From assembly GCA_016748015.1 (NCBI GenBank), contig JAAOMT010000258.1:498173-562172 (forward strand): 64,000 nt of DNA, written 5' to 3'. The position numbers were made by a program, and so were the translations under genes. Shown piece by piece: positions 8,849-22,605 of this stretch. The stretch comes from Geosiphon pyriformis uo1. Its lineage: Eukaryota > Fungi > Glomeromycota. The notes below the pieces were generated by a model that was not told the DNA's origin, did not search any database, and saw only the letters and a program-made list of their open reading frames with translations. The number at the start of each line of letters is the position of its first letter. The first letter of the stretch is position 1.

Positions 8849-11800
8849 CTAATCTTGTCTCATTTTGGAGAGACAGTCAATATTGGTGTGGAGTTTTCCT
8901 GGTTTGTGATGTACTATGTATTGATAGTTTGCTAAAAATCCTGTCCATCAGGTTTGTTTTGCATTCAGCTGAGTATTTTTGTTCTGAAGCCATTTGAGTC
9001 CAATATTATCAGTAATAATATCAAATTTTTTAGGCCTGAGATAAAGGTTGAAGTGGTGTAGAGCCCAAATTATGGCTGCTGTTTCTAGTTCTGTGGCAGG
9101 ATAATTTTTCTCAACTGGTTTTAATGTTTTGCTAGCATATGCAATTACTCGCTCGTTTCTATTATCATCTAATTATGATAAGATGACACCAAAGGCAGTA
9201 TACGAAGCATCTGTAGCTAGTCGAAATTGGTTGCTGAAATCTGGGTAAGCGAGGATTGGAGCTGTTGTCAGTTTTTCTTTGAGAATTTCAAAAGCTTTTT
9301 GGTGTTTGGTAGTCCATTTGTATTCAACATTTTTGGTGGTGAGCTGGTTAAAGGGTTTTGCAATTTCCGAGAATCTTTTGATAAACTTCCGATAGTAGAA
9401 TGCTAATCCTATGAATTCTCTTAGTTCTGTAGTGTTTCGAGGAGTTTTGAAGTTTTTAACAATGCTGATTTTTCCAGGGTCTGGTTTGATTCCATCTTTA
9501 CTAATGATATACCCAAGAAAGGCCAAGTTTGTTTTTCCAAAGTAGTATTTTTCAATGTTGAGTTTTAGTCCTGCTTTTCATAATCATTGAAAAACTTTTC
9601 ACAGGTGTTTTAAGTGTAATTCAAATGATGGAGAATAAACATCAGTATCGTCAAGATAAATGACTACTGACTTCCAAAAAAGTCCTTGGTACACAACATC
9701 CATTAATCTCTGAAACATTGCTGGTGCATTGCATAATCCGAAAGACATTATATTGAACTCGTAATTTCCACCTTGGGTGGTAAATGCTGTCTTGGGGCAG
9801 TTTTTGGGATCCATAGCAACTTGCCAATAACTGCTTTCTAAATCTAGTGTTGAAAAGTATTTGGATTTTCCAAGGGCATCTAACATGTCATCAATCCAGG
9901 AAAGGGGGTAGACATCTCCAATTTTAACACTGTTGAGTTGTCGATAGTCAATACAAAATTAGATTTTTTTATTTTTCTTTTTAACTAGCACTACAAGTGA
10001 AGCCCAAGAACTTATGGAGGGTTGGATGAGCCCATTGTTAAGCATTTGTTGTACTTCTTCTCGGATGAATTGGTGGCTTTCTGGAGCAACTCGATATGCT
10101 TGTTGTCTTCTTGGTTTGGCATCTCCTATATAAATTTGGTGTTGGACCAAATTGATTCTTTCTAAGTTATTGTTGTTTTCAGCAAAGATATCGGCAAATT
10201 CTGCAATTAGCTCTTTGAGCTGGATTTGTTGTTGTGGTTCAAGTTGTCCCATGTTGATTCGAGATAGTTTTTCCATGACAACATGGTAGTTTTTGGAGCT
10301 GGGGTTTGGGTTGATTTTTGGTAGTAAATGTCCAATAATTTCAGAGAAATCGGGAACTGTTTGGGGTATTTCTTGTTGAAATATATTACTGTGAATAACT
10401 CCAATTTCTAAATTATTTAATAAAATTATGGGGTAATTATTGGGGTTGTAAAAAGTAACTCGGACTTTCTTTGTTCCTTCTGGAATATAAATGTCTGGGA
10501 TCAAAATATTATGTTCTAAGCAGACTTGTTCATTGGACTCAAAAATTTGTTGTGTGGTTGTTGGCTTTGGGCAGATGTAGATTTCCAGATGTTCTCCAAA
10601 GGGTGAGATAGTAATTGGTTGTGGAAGTCTGAGAATCTGGTGGGATTTGTTCTGTGTGTTAAGAGCTATATTAACTGAAACTGTGAATCGTCCAGTTGAA
10701 CCAAAACCTTGGGTTCCTCTATTGCTTTTTCCTAATTGTTCTCTTTGATTGACTTGCAAACTTGAAATGTTGATTAGGGGTAGGTAAATAGCTTGGGCAA
10801 TTTTTTCAGCATGTTTGATCTTGAATGGTTTGTCAGTTTTATTTTGAAGCATTACTGTAATGTCTCCAGTATATTCAGCATTGATTATTCCTCCTCTGAC
10901 ATTGATTCCTTTGCTTGCCAGAGAGGACCAGGAGGTGATTTGAACCATTGCTCCTAGCAGGATTTTGAGTGCAATTTTAAGGTTGATTTTTGTGAGAGAT
11001 TTGGGTTTGAAAACAAGAGTATCCTTGCCTGGATATTTTAGGTTATATCCAGTATCAATTTCGTGTGCTTTTTTGGGTTTCATTCCTTGTCCATTGTTGT
11101 TGAAGTATTTAAGTTGTAAGACAGGCTGATTTTCAATAAGGTAGATGGGTGTTGTTTCAATTTCTTCCATTGCTTCAGGTTCTCCTAATTCAATTTTGTT
11201 CTCATTATTTTCACTGGGCAAGAGGATACTAAGAGCATAGCATTCAGGACACCACTGTTTATTACAAGGCATAATGCATTCTTCACATAGCCTAATGTTC
11301 ATTTACTCTAATTGTTGAATTTGAGCTTCTTGGGTTGGGTAGATGTGACTTGCAATTTGGTAGTAGACTTCTACTTCATTTTCGTAATTGAATCTAGCTA
11401 ATTCCATAGTGTATTCAATGTATTCTGCTTCCTTTATTTGACTAACATCTTCTTTAGTAGCTCCATTAATTAATGTGATTGCTAGGTCGAAAATCATCTC
11501 GGCATTATGAGGGTAGTGATAAAGTTTGTTGAGAGCACTGTTGTATGCTGTATTAAAAGGTGTTCCTCTTTTTACTTTTTCTGAAATTGATAAAGCATAT
11601 TGGCAGGTTTGATTGCAGACTCCTCCTTTCATGGCTACATCAATCTAATTGTATTCTTCTGGTAGCATATCTCCACAAGTCAAACAAGGGGTGTTATCCC
11701 ATTTTCTGCTTCTTTTTATTAGATGGCCCCATTATTCTCTGTGGCAAGCCTTGCAGTAATAACAAGTATGATTTTCATATTTTTTTTCAGGTAAAATGCA

Positions 11801-14509
11801 GGCTCCCATTGACGATAGTTTCTTGTGGCAGTCCTTACATTTAAGAGGAATATAGAGGTGTTGTTTCTTTGGTTCAGGTTTTGAGTAAGGGATATTCCAT
11901 CCAGAGGTTTTGGGTTCAGAGTGTAAGGTAAAATGTTCTTGTTCTGTTTCATCGGCCCAGTTGGATGTTGATTCAAGAGCCATGAATGTTTCAATGAGGG
12001 GTTTTTCCTCTTCCAGTTCGAATTTAAAAGCTGGGATTTTTTCAGAGCGTTTGTTGAATGTACCACAAGTGGCAGATACCCAGGCGTGTTGTCCTTGATA
12101 GGAGATTGTTAACTCTTGTGTTTCCCAATTCAGATTAGCATTGGCTTTTTAAAGCCAATCATTTCTGACAAGAGCTTGGTACTGGAGTGCATTCATTACA
12201 AGAACTTTGACTGGAATGGTGATTCCATCAAGAGTGAATGGAAAATTGTCAATTTCTCCTACTGGGGTCTTTTTCATGCCATCGGCAATAACAATTATTG
12301 TTTGAGCTGGTCAGTCAACATTTCTCTTTAACTGTTGCATTAACTGGTAGGTAATAATGCTTCCAGTGGATCCACTGTCTAGGATCAAGTGAATTGTCTT
12401 TTCTTCAACTTCTGCTTCAGTGTACATAGCAGTAATTGCTTTTTGTTCATCGGCGGCTGCATTACTGAGTAGAAATGATGATTCATTGGCTTTGAACTCG
12501 AAAGGAAAGATATCAGAGAGATTGGCGTTTTCAGCAATTCGGGCTGGTGAAATAGTGATGTGGTTATAAGAAAGATTTTGTTGTTGTGCTGTAGCTTTAC
12601 CTTCCAAGGGTGCAGTATGGTGAAAATTCTGTTCTTCTGATATTGTTAAATAACTGGGTTGAGTGTGATAGTGGTTGGGTTTTGGTTGAGTGGAATTTCG
12701 GAGAACCAATTGGTTGTTCAAATTGATTCTATTGTTGTTTACTTGGTATTGGTTTTGTGGTGTGAATTGACTTTGTGTACTCAGTCTTTGAGCAGGTACT
12801 TGATAATGTTGTGTGGGTGGTTGTTGGTATTGCTATTAGATTGGCTGTGGGGTGGGCTAATAATAGTTATTTTGGTATTGGGGTCTTGGTGAATAGTAAG
12901 CTGGTAATGGTAGTTGATAATAAGATTGCTGTGGTGGAGGGTAATGTTGATTACTCCTATTTTGTTGGTCTCATTGTAGCTTTCTGCAATCTCTTTTCCA
13001 GTGGCCAAAGATTCCACAGTAATGGCAATTCTGAAGCTGGTTATTGGAAAGTGGTCCAAAGTTATTTTGATTTCGTCTTTGGAGTGGTTGATATCTTTGG
13101 GGTTGCTGTTGTTGTTGATTAGTGAAATAGTTTTCAACCTTCTTTGTGAGTTGGTCAATTTTTTCCTCAGCTGCTGAGCTGGTTTCTCCAATTGCCAAAT
13201 TTACAAGTTTTGTGTGATTGGCTTCTTCCATGGCCATTTTGTATCTTTTTACATGCTGTATGGTAAAGTTTAAATCTTTTGGTGCATGTGGGCGAACCTT
13301 TTTAATTAGTTTATCTTTTAGACCAGCAATAAATTGATCCAAGATTTGAGCATTGGAATAATAATTGTTTGTTTCAAGTTGGCAAATTCATCTGAGAAAT
13401 TTGTTGAATTTCCCAATATAAGTCATAACAGATTCGGAGGGTTCTTGTTTGATATTTCAAAAACAATTGCGAAGGATGATAGAGGTATTATTGTTGGTGA
13501 ACTGTTTAAGGAAGGCTGCTTTGAAAGTGTTCCAATCATTAAATGGGGCGGCCAAGTTTTCAAACCATTCTCCTGCTGTTCTTTTGAGAAAGTAGGGAAT
13601 TGTTCTTAACATTCTGGCAGCATTCCATCCATTTGCATCTCCAGCTTTAGTAACTTGGTCGAGCCATTCTTGGAGACTGGTTTCAATGTCTTCTCCATTA
13701 AATTCAGGGATTTTTGCGATGTATGTTGTCATTTCGTCTTCTTCGTTTTTACTGTCTATTGATTTTTCTTCAGATATTTCAGGTTCATTTTCTTCATTCA
13801 CTGCTGTCTCAGAGTGTTTACTTTGATTTTCAGCTAGAAAGTCAAGGAGATTGGAACTAGTTTAAAGAAGTTCTTGTTGTCTGATGGGACTTTTGAGTGA
13901 TGTAAAATCTTCTGGTCTTGCAAATTAATTCAAGGGTGAATTAGGCGTTTGTGCTTGTGCAAGTGAAGCTGGAAAAGGTGTGATAGTAAATAGAAGTTTT
14001 GAACTGGTTCCTTGTTCAGGTGTTTGTAAATGGTTGGCAGTTGTTTTTGGTAGTATTGGAGTATTTGGGGTGGTTTTTGAGTATTGCTTCAATTTGTTTT
14101 TGCCTTTGTTGCTTGTTTCTGTTTTTGATTCAAAATCAATAAAGTATTAAGACTGTACTGGATATGTTTCTTCACAGTATTTGATAATGTTAAAATTAAG
14201 TTCGTAAAAGTAAGTGGCAAGTGTTTCACTGTTAAGGTCTTCAGTTCCCAACTATAAATAGTGTACTAAATTATTGTAAAAGTTGCTTTTAACTTCTGAG
14301 ATATTGTAATTTCCAAAAAAATAATTGTTGATGTGGTTTTCAATGTATTGGTATACTGATTTCTTGACAACTTCAATTCCGTCTGGAATGTTGAATCTTT
14401 GCTTACAGTAGATGTAAATTGATTGGTAATACTCTAGAGTTGTTGTGTCTGGTGTGATTGCCACTTTGAATTTTGTTGTTGCTGTGTTATTTCTGTGGGA
14501 GAGCACCAA
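8849..14509 (-). pseudogene. gag-PR-Cys-rich insert-dUTPase-RT-RH polyprotein (copy B)
   Basis: ILDSGS, YLDD RT motif, LATDAS RH, dUTPase at ~10691-11119 (RGTQGFGSTG), CHYCGIFGHWKRDC. Confidence 0.9.
14491..14508 (-). promoter_or_regulatory. Primer binding site (copy B)
   Basis: TGGTGCTCTCCCACAGAA starting 2 nt after the LTR. Confidence 0.8.
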
Positions 14510-14510
14510 A

Positions 14511-15489
14511 TGTTACCAGAGGTTTTTGGGTCTCTTTTCTTAAATGTTGTTGATGCTTGTTTGCTGTAAATTCACGTTTTCTGGATGTGGTTGAACCTCC
14601 AGTAACTGAATTTTATCTTCAAATTATCTTTTATAATTTGAACTGCTGGACTTATAAGTGGAATGGCCAATTTCATGCCAGTTACTTTGTATAGTTATGT
14701 TGTAGTAAATGTCAACTCTTTCCCAGAAATTGCTTGTCTAGAAGCTCACTAAAAATGTGTAGTTACTTTGCTGTGAAAGTCAACTCTTCTACAGGAATCT
14801 CATCTGTAGGCTACTCTAATGATTGTAATAAGAAAATAAAAGAAAAATAAAAGAAATGTAAAAGAAATAGAATTCTGTCAAGAGAAACGTTTTCTATCCA
14901 GGCCTGGAGTCACTAACAGTTTATTGAAATTGGTAGCTAATCAATTTCAAAATGTTAGTTGGGTTTTGGAGATTTTCCAAGTACAATAATTAAAAAATTT
15001 GGTTTTTTGAATTATTTGATATTTATTTTTTTTTGTGTATATAGGAATGGTTTTAAGAGATAAATCTAAAGTAAGATACATTTTCTCAAAGAGAGAAGTC
15101 CTTCTTTTATACAACTTGTTGTAACACTATTCTATGAACTTGAACTTTGCTATTTTCTACAATTTCGCTGAACTAAAAATACATTTTGGCAAACTACAAG
15201 TTATTTCTGCGAACTATTAGATATTTCGGTAAACTATCAATTATTTTGACAAATTTCTACAAATTTTGGTGAACTTTTAAATATTATATAGTTTGGGGTA
15301 TTGCATGATTGATCATTACAATTAGGTTACATTTGTGTTGTGTACAAATTGGGTTATTAATTAATTGATAATTTTGGACATTTTTGCTAATGTAATAAGT
15401 GATAATTTGAAATGATAATATGCTAATTAATGATAGAAATTATAAGATAATTTCATATTAAATAATATCTCTAATTTCGTCTGGTAACA
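14511..15489 (-). repeat. 5' LTR of copy B
   Basis: Perfect 10-bp terminal IR TGTTACCAGA...TCTGGTAACA; PBS adjacent. Confidence 0.95.
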
Positions 15490-18400
15490 ATGGTTTCAAT
15501 AATCATGGAAACAAAGCTAAGATTGAGTATTAGGCCTTGGATCAAGGACAAATTTAATGGGGTGCAAATTTTTACTTCTGGTTTTGACGAAGGTTTTCTG
15601 GAGACTGGGATAGCTATTATTATGAACAATTCTCTGGCTTGGCATGTCTCTAAAGTGGAAAAAGTTCCTGGTCATGTTATTTCTGTTTATCTCTTTTTTA
15701 AAGGCAAGATTTCTGTTTTGATTGTTGGTTTGTATGCTGGTGCCTCTTTTGGTATTAGATTTGGTCTTGCTTCTGTCATCAATTTCTTCTTGGCTTATGT
15801 GGTCAATACCAGTAGTTTTGTTGTTTTAGGTGGTAATTTCAATAAGGATGGGTCCAAAAAAAAGAGTGCAAGCTTTGGTTTCTGTTCAAGTTTGGGTCTG
15901 GTCAATTTTTTTGGTAGTCACTCCTTGGTTGGGGTGCCCACTTGGAGTAACTCAAGGGATGTGACCAAAGTTATTGATTACATTTTTTTAGTGAGTGTCT
16001 GTTGTCAGTCATGGCTGGGCGCAAAGTTGAATTTGTGTCTGAATTTTTTGATACCAATCACTTGGCTGTTTTGGTTTCTGTTGGTTTGGGCAGTCTTCTG
16101 CATATTCACATAAGTAGTGTACACAAACAGGCTAATAGAGATCAGTGGAAGTTCAAATTGAAGAGTGTGGATGATGTTAAATGGAATCATTTTAAGAAAT
16201 GTTTCTCAAAAAAATTTATGATCAGGATGGTGGAGTTTGCTGATATGAAACATAGTAGTGATTTGAATGCAATGTGGGAGATTCTCAAAGAGGCGGTGGT
16301 GGATTCTGCTGATGCTACCTTCTCCAGGCTTTGGTTTAATGAGTTTAATTATATAAGGAATAAACTTTCATCAAGGTTCTACAGGTTGGAATTGCTAATG
16401 TCCAAGATTACCAAAAATCTGAGCTTGGGTTTACATTCGGTGGCTGACCACTTGGTTGACATTTGAATGTTTATTGATGAGGAGAAAGCTTTTAAGATCT
16501 GCTTTATGATTGATGATAGAATTGTGGCTATGGATGTTCTGTATCACATCTCAGTTGTCAAAAGGAGATATCAACAATCCAAGTATTATGAGTCCAAAGT
16601 TGCTAGAGATAACTCTATCAAAAATGCTGTAAAGAAATGCATGGAAAATTTTTGTTCGGACAAAAGAAAGATGATTAAGAGTATTTTGGATCAGTTTTTT
16701 AGGAAAATTGTGCTAGATTACTTGATTGTTGATGATAAGCTCATCTTGAAACCTTTGGAGATTAAGACTTCTATTGACACAATTATGGAAGGTTGGACAA
16801 GAAAGTGCTTGGGCTTTAGTGTTAGTGCTGGTCACTGGTCTAATCAATATGCTTCTTTAAGTTGCGTCAATAATAAAGCTTTCTTGGGTGTTATAGATAC
16901 TATTAATATGAGTGAGTTTTTATGGGTTGTTGCAGAGTTGCCTGATGAGAAAACTGCTGAACTTTCTGGCATTCCTAATGAACTCTAGAAACATGGTGCC
17001 CTGATTATTTTTGATGGTCTTTTGTGGGTTTTTAATGTGTGTTTGGCGACTGTGATGGTTCCCAACCTTTGGCGAAGATCCTGAGTCTTCATAATTCCTA
17101 AGTCTTATGATTAGGAGGGTGTTTTAACCAACACTAGATCTATAACTTTAATTGAGACAGCCTGGAAGATCTTGTCTAAGATTTTTTCTAACAGAATCTT
17201 CTTAGCTTGCAGCAATTTTGACATTTTACATGGTGATAATTTTTTGGTTCTGAGAGGCACTTCCACACAAACTCCCATCTTCGCTATTGGTTTGGTTGTT
17301 GTGGATGCTTTGGAAAAGAACAGGGAGTTGTGGCTGGTTCTTTAGGATATGCACAAAGCCTATAACTCTGTTGGTTGGTCTCATTTGCTCAGTAGTCTAG
17401 TCAGAATCAAAATGTGTTCCCACTTTATAAAATTTTTTGGAAGTATACACAACAATAGGATCAATTGGGTTATGACAGATTTTGGCTTGACTAATGACTA
17501 TGTTGTGCATGATGGCCTGGATCAAGGGGAGATGTTTTCACTGCTACTGTGGAGGATCTTTTATGATTCACTGCTCTGTGAGGTCAAAAAACATGAACAA
17601 TTGTATGGCTACAGGATATGCTCTAAGTTTCATACTAGATCTGAAAAACCTGATCTTAGAAATGCTTTGACATCTTTTTTCACTGCAGGTGCCTTTGTTG
17701 ATGACACAATCTGGATTGAGAACTGTTTGACAGCTACTCAGCAGATCCTTGACATTGTCAGTGAGTTTTTTTCTTTCAATGATATCTCTATAAACACTGA
17801 AAAAACGGTTGCTATTCTTATCAATCAGGGCATTTGTGAGGCTGTTTTGCATATTAGTGGTTTGAGGATTTCAGTGGCCAAGAAAGGTGAGCCTCATAGA
17901 TACTTAGAGATTTTTTTGTCGACTAATGGTTTAACCAAGCCTAGTTTAACTAAAGCCTATAATGATGTGAGGTTTTTTTTGAATGTGATTTTGAGGAAAG
18001 CTATTACCAAAAAGCAGTTCTTATATCTGGTTTCTGTTGTTTTACAACCTATCATTGAATACCGACTTCAGTTCAGCTTTGTGTCAAAGAGTATATGTGA
18101 TAAATGGGACAGTTTGTTATGAAAAGTTTTTAAGCTAAAGACTAATCTGCCTAAGAACTTTTCTAATAAAGCTTTGCATCATCCTGAGTTTTATGGCCTG
18201 AGGATCTTTGAGCAAGTGCTCACTGAAAACCTGATGGCCAACCTGGTAAATTTTTCTAACGTTGGCAGAATTCTTAGCAGATTTTTTGATCACAGGATGA
18301 TGGACTTGCAATTGGCCAGTTGGATGCTCCAGCATCCTCTCTTTTTTCTAGTCCGGCTACCCATTTTGTCTATGAACTGTTTTCTGGCTGGTGCTATGTG

Positions 18401-20197
18401 TGCTCTCATGTTATACAACCTGTTCTTGAGTGGTACTTTTCTCAATGTTTTTTGTGCTGGAATCAGCATGCCTATCTTGGATATGCTGGGCCTGGATGGG
18501 TACCTAAATATGGTGAAATTGCTCAAATTTTATGGTTTTATTTTTACTGCCCAAATGTTGAATTGTTATGGTGTATGTTTCAGTTGGTGTGCTTTTTGCA
18601 AATGGAAGAGACTTGACCTGAGAGATCCAGTCTCTGTATGGTTCATGTTGCTTGCCAATTTTGTTGAGGGTGGTATTTTGGGTGGAGCTCTGGCATCACA
18701 CTTGACTTAAGTGAACTCTTTTTGTGATGTTGGTTTTGTTGCTGGGCATTTGATCACTTCTGGAAGCAATCCTGTTGAGGTCTACACTGACAGTTCTGTC
18801 AAGGGTTTTGGCTCCGTTAATGCATGTGGTGGCACTGCCACCTATTTTCCAGATGCTGATGTTAGTATTAGTATGCATGTTCATGGCTTGTTGTCATCAA
18901 CATTGGTTGAGCTGTATGCTATCGCTTTGGTTTTGGAGTGTGTGCCTGCCTCTAGTGCTGTTATTTTGTCAACTAACAATCAAGCTTTGCTGGTAACGTG
19001 TGATTTTAGTTTGAGTGCATCTGGCCCTGATTTTTGTCACAAATGCTGGATCAAGAAAGAACATATTCGTCATTCCATTTTAAGTAAAAACTTGTCAGTC
19101 ATATAGAGAAAGGTTAAAAAACATTTGGGGGTTGTTGGGAATGAATGAGCTGATTTTTATGCTGATACAACAGTTTGTTTTAAATTTTTGTTGTCTCTCA
19201 ATGTGCCGTACTGCTTCCTTTGTGTTGAGAATAAACCTGTTTCTGGAAATGCACATTACTTTATTAAGATTTTGTTTGATTCAATTAATTATGTCAGATG
19301 GGAGTCTAAGTGTGTGAGTGGTGTTATTGGGATAGGTGCTTTTGCCAATATTGATATGGACAAGTCCTTTGGTGTTTGGCAACCTGATGGCAAGATTTGT
19401 TTAGACTTTACCAGTTTGTTTTTGGCTTTTCTGTATTCCTATTTGTTGAAGGCTTTGCACCATTGCCTGCCAGTCACCATGAAAAAGAGGCTTTATGATC
19501 CAAAGCATCTTAGTGTGCTGTGCATTAGATGTGGTATGACCAAAAATTCTGATTACATGTTTCTATGCACTCATGATAACAATGCCAAAAAAGATTTGTT
19601 GTTGGCTGCTCGTGCTAATTGGAGTGTGTTGATGGGTGCTTCTGCTGTTGATGGTGTGATTGCCTATTCGCTATGTAATGCTGTGTCATCTACTGGCCAA
19701 AAAGTTTGTTTTAAAGGATTGGGTGGCTGATGCTTTCTGGTGTTTTGGGTCTAAAGCTGGTGGTAATTCAATCATCAGGTTGGTTCATAGTATCGCCAAG
19801 GGTCACTGGTCCAATATTTGGTTGCCTGTGGCTAAACTGAAATCATTTTATAAGAAAAATAATATTCTGTCCTGTAATGAGTCAGTCATTCTTTCAGTTG
19901 CTGGTTTGTCCCTTTCTCGGCCTGCCAAGGTCATCCATAGCTTTAGTATCAGGTTGGGCATTCATGTGTGTTTTGGTTTGTATCTTCATTTAGCTAGTTT
20001 GGGTTTTGGCTTTCTTAGTCATTTTCCTGTAGTGGTTCCTATAAGTGTGTAGTGCTGCCTTAATTGGCCCGAGTGACCAGTCACGTATAGAAAGAGCATG
20101 AGCCATGTTTAATTTATGATCTTGTTTGATTATATGTATTTAGATAGTGATTGGGCTGTACTCATAAAACTCTAATAAAAAAAAATAAAATAATAAA
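15490..20197 (+). mobile_element. LINE 1: ORF2 (APE-RT-RNase H-Zn finger) plus 3' UTR and A-rich tail; 5' part displaced by the Gypsy insertion
   Basis: METKL, GGNFN, IDYIF, DTNH (APE); DMHKAY, QGE, AFVDD (RT); VYTDSS/ELYAI (RNase H); CIRC; stop at 20052. Confidence 0.9.
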
Positions 20198-20646
20198 TTT
20201 TTTTTAGTTAAAAAGAAAAAAAATTTTAATATTGTTTTTTTTTAATTAGTATAAACTAGTAAACAAAAATAGTGACAACAAAAAAAGTTCTTAAAAATAA
20301 TAATAATATATTATTATAAACCAATAAACTTTAATTTAACAGAAATAACAATACCAAAAACACTAAAATTATTTTTGTTATTATTAAAAAAAATATTAAA
20401 AAAAATATTATAAAATACAACAAAAATAGAAAAAAAAAGAACCAAAAGCCACTACAAAAAATTTTACAATCTTAAATATGATTAAAAAAAAAAAACACTA
20501 ATAACAATATTAAATTTTTTTTCTTTCTTTTGTTGATCCCCTGGTCACAACAAGAGCATTGAGTAGCCAGAAAAATACGCTTCCCTTTTCCCTTTTCCCT
20601 TATTATTTTTTTCGTTATTTCTTTCAATACCCCTTTGTTCACTGCT

Positions 20647-22605
20647 ATGGAACCGACAAGCTCTTTTGTTGGTGGTTCTGGGTCTGGTTTGACTGGATTG
20701 GGGACCCAGTCTGGTGTTAGAAGCAAGAAGTGTGTTGAGGGTGTCTACTATCGCGGTGTGTCGTACAAGAAGCCAAGAAAGCCTGAAGCTGCTGGGAGGA
20801 TGGTGGATTCGTCGGCTGGTCCTCTCTCTGTAGGCGTCTTGGGTGCTGACGGGGTGGAACGCAAAAAGTCCTGGGGCAGTGACATAGAAAGCGATAGTAA
20901 TAGTGTTAGCGAGATCTCGGATATGGAAAACTTAAAGAACATGGTTGCAGAGGAAACAAGTTACATGGATTCGAATGTCTTGAATACTAACAATATGACA
21001 AACGATACCACTCTGAGGATGACAAGGACTGTGACTTATGTGCTGGGCCAACCACCGAAACCTCCTGCTTTTGACAAAATGAGTGATGATAAAGATGCCA
21101 TGGTACTTCTATTCCCGAAATTCTCTGGTTCCAAGCGCTTGCTGGCAGTTGAGTCACGTGTCACGGATAATAAGAATTTTGAACCAGTTAAATCGTTCAC
21201 CTTGGATATTAAGATTTCAGCAGTGCCTGGGAAGACAAATGTTGACAAATTAATGGCTGTAAAAAAAATCTTTTATCGAATTGATAGATTTGGGGGAGCT
21301 TCGACTCCCTCAAAATTTCCAGGAATAATAAGATCATCATTTACATCTGAAAAAAGTTTGATTAAAGCAAGGGAAATGGCAATCAGTGAAAAAATTTTGG
21401 TGAATAATGATCTAAGAAAAGTAAACAGCCGTTCAGATCGGAGAGTGATCATCAAGGAAATCCCAGTGGATCTTCCCAAATTGGTGATTGAGGCAGTGTT
21501 CTCCAAGTTTGGCAAAATTATTTCAATCAAAGTACAGCTTATTGGTCTTTGGTAAAAGGCCCTAGTGGAATATGAATCATCTGAGATGGCTGATTTGGTC
21601 ACAGCTAGATGGTCTGTGCTCATGGGAAAGAATTCTGTTCACGTGGCAAAGGCAAATATTGATAAACAAACATGGGTATCTAGAGATCAGCATCGGGCAT
21701 TGCTTTACACTCTTTTAGTTGGCATCAATGCTCATGACCTCTCTAGTTTGTTGGAATCATATGGTGGGAAGACTTGTTATATTGGCTGTAATCCTAATTC
21801 ATATGTTCGTGATAGATGCGCTGTAATTTGTTTTGGTAATAAGGCATCCAAGTTGGCTGCTATTGGTACCGTTCCAGTTTTCAAAAATGTGAATTTGTAT
21901 TGGGCTGGTCTCTCTTTGGCCAGTTGTACTCGTTGTAAACAATTCAGTCATGTTATGGTCAACTGTTCCTTAGGTGAGTATTCTGGTGTTCGAGGAAGAA
22001 GGGTGGTTTCTGAACAAGATTGGATTTGTCTAGCAGGAATATATAAGAAGAAGTCAGCTTCTGTCACTCGTCCAGTCTCATTTGGTGGTAAAACATGGGC
22101 CCAAGTTGTTGGTGGCTCTCCTTCTCATATGATTTCCTCTGATTTGGTTGGTACTGGTTTGCATTCTGGTTTGGTTCCTTCTTCAATGGCGACTGTCTCT
22201 CCTACCGTTTCTTATTTGAATGACTGGCTGGCGATTTTGGAGTGCTCTTTGGAGCTTTTAACTGACCACATTTCTGGCATTTTGGTTAGACTAGAATCCA
22301 TAGATTTGGTTCCTGTGGTGACCCCTTCTCTGAGCCTTCTTCCTGTTGTTTCTGAAACTTTGTCTTCTGATGTGATTTCTGATATGATTTTGGATACTGC
22401 TTTGGTCTTGCCTGGTACTCCTCTGTCTGTTATTCATGATGCTGTTGTTAAGCTCAGCTCTAGTAGTTCCAAAGTTTTCACTGCCAAAGTGAGTGGTTTA
22501 GAAACAAAATTGATTGCTTTGGAGGTCTCAATTGGTTCAGTTTTGAATAAGTTAAACATTCTGTGCTCTGGTTCGGGTTTGTCAGTTCTCCTGTCTTCTC
22601 AATGA
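20647..22605 (+). pseudogene. LINE 2 ORF1 (RRM-like domains plus CCHC knuckle and probable C-terminal coiled coil)
   Basis: VIIKEIP..FSKFGKI RRM-like segment; CTRCKQFSHVMVNC; one internal stop at 21553. Confidence 0.8.

Larger units (their letters stand above)
7659..15489 (-). mobile_element. Ty3/Gypsy copy B (same family), integrase C-terminus interrupted by copy A
   Basis: Collinear with copy A; ORF fragments from 14509 down to 9173 share one frame (single gag-pol ORF broken by point-mutation stops); IN reads ...SKKFENKW then hits the LTR at 7658. Confidence 0.95.

Noticed and set aside
20053-20180. HDV-like or hammerhead ribozyme, or tRNA-derived head, in the LINE 3' UTR
   Set aside because: No CUGAUGA/GAAA core, no HDV P1.1/P4/catalytic C topology after the pairing strand, and no B-box or cloverleaf.
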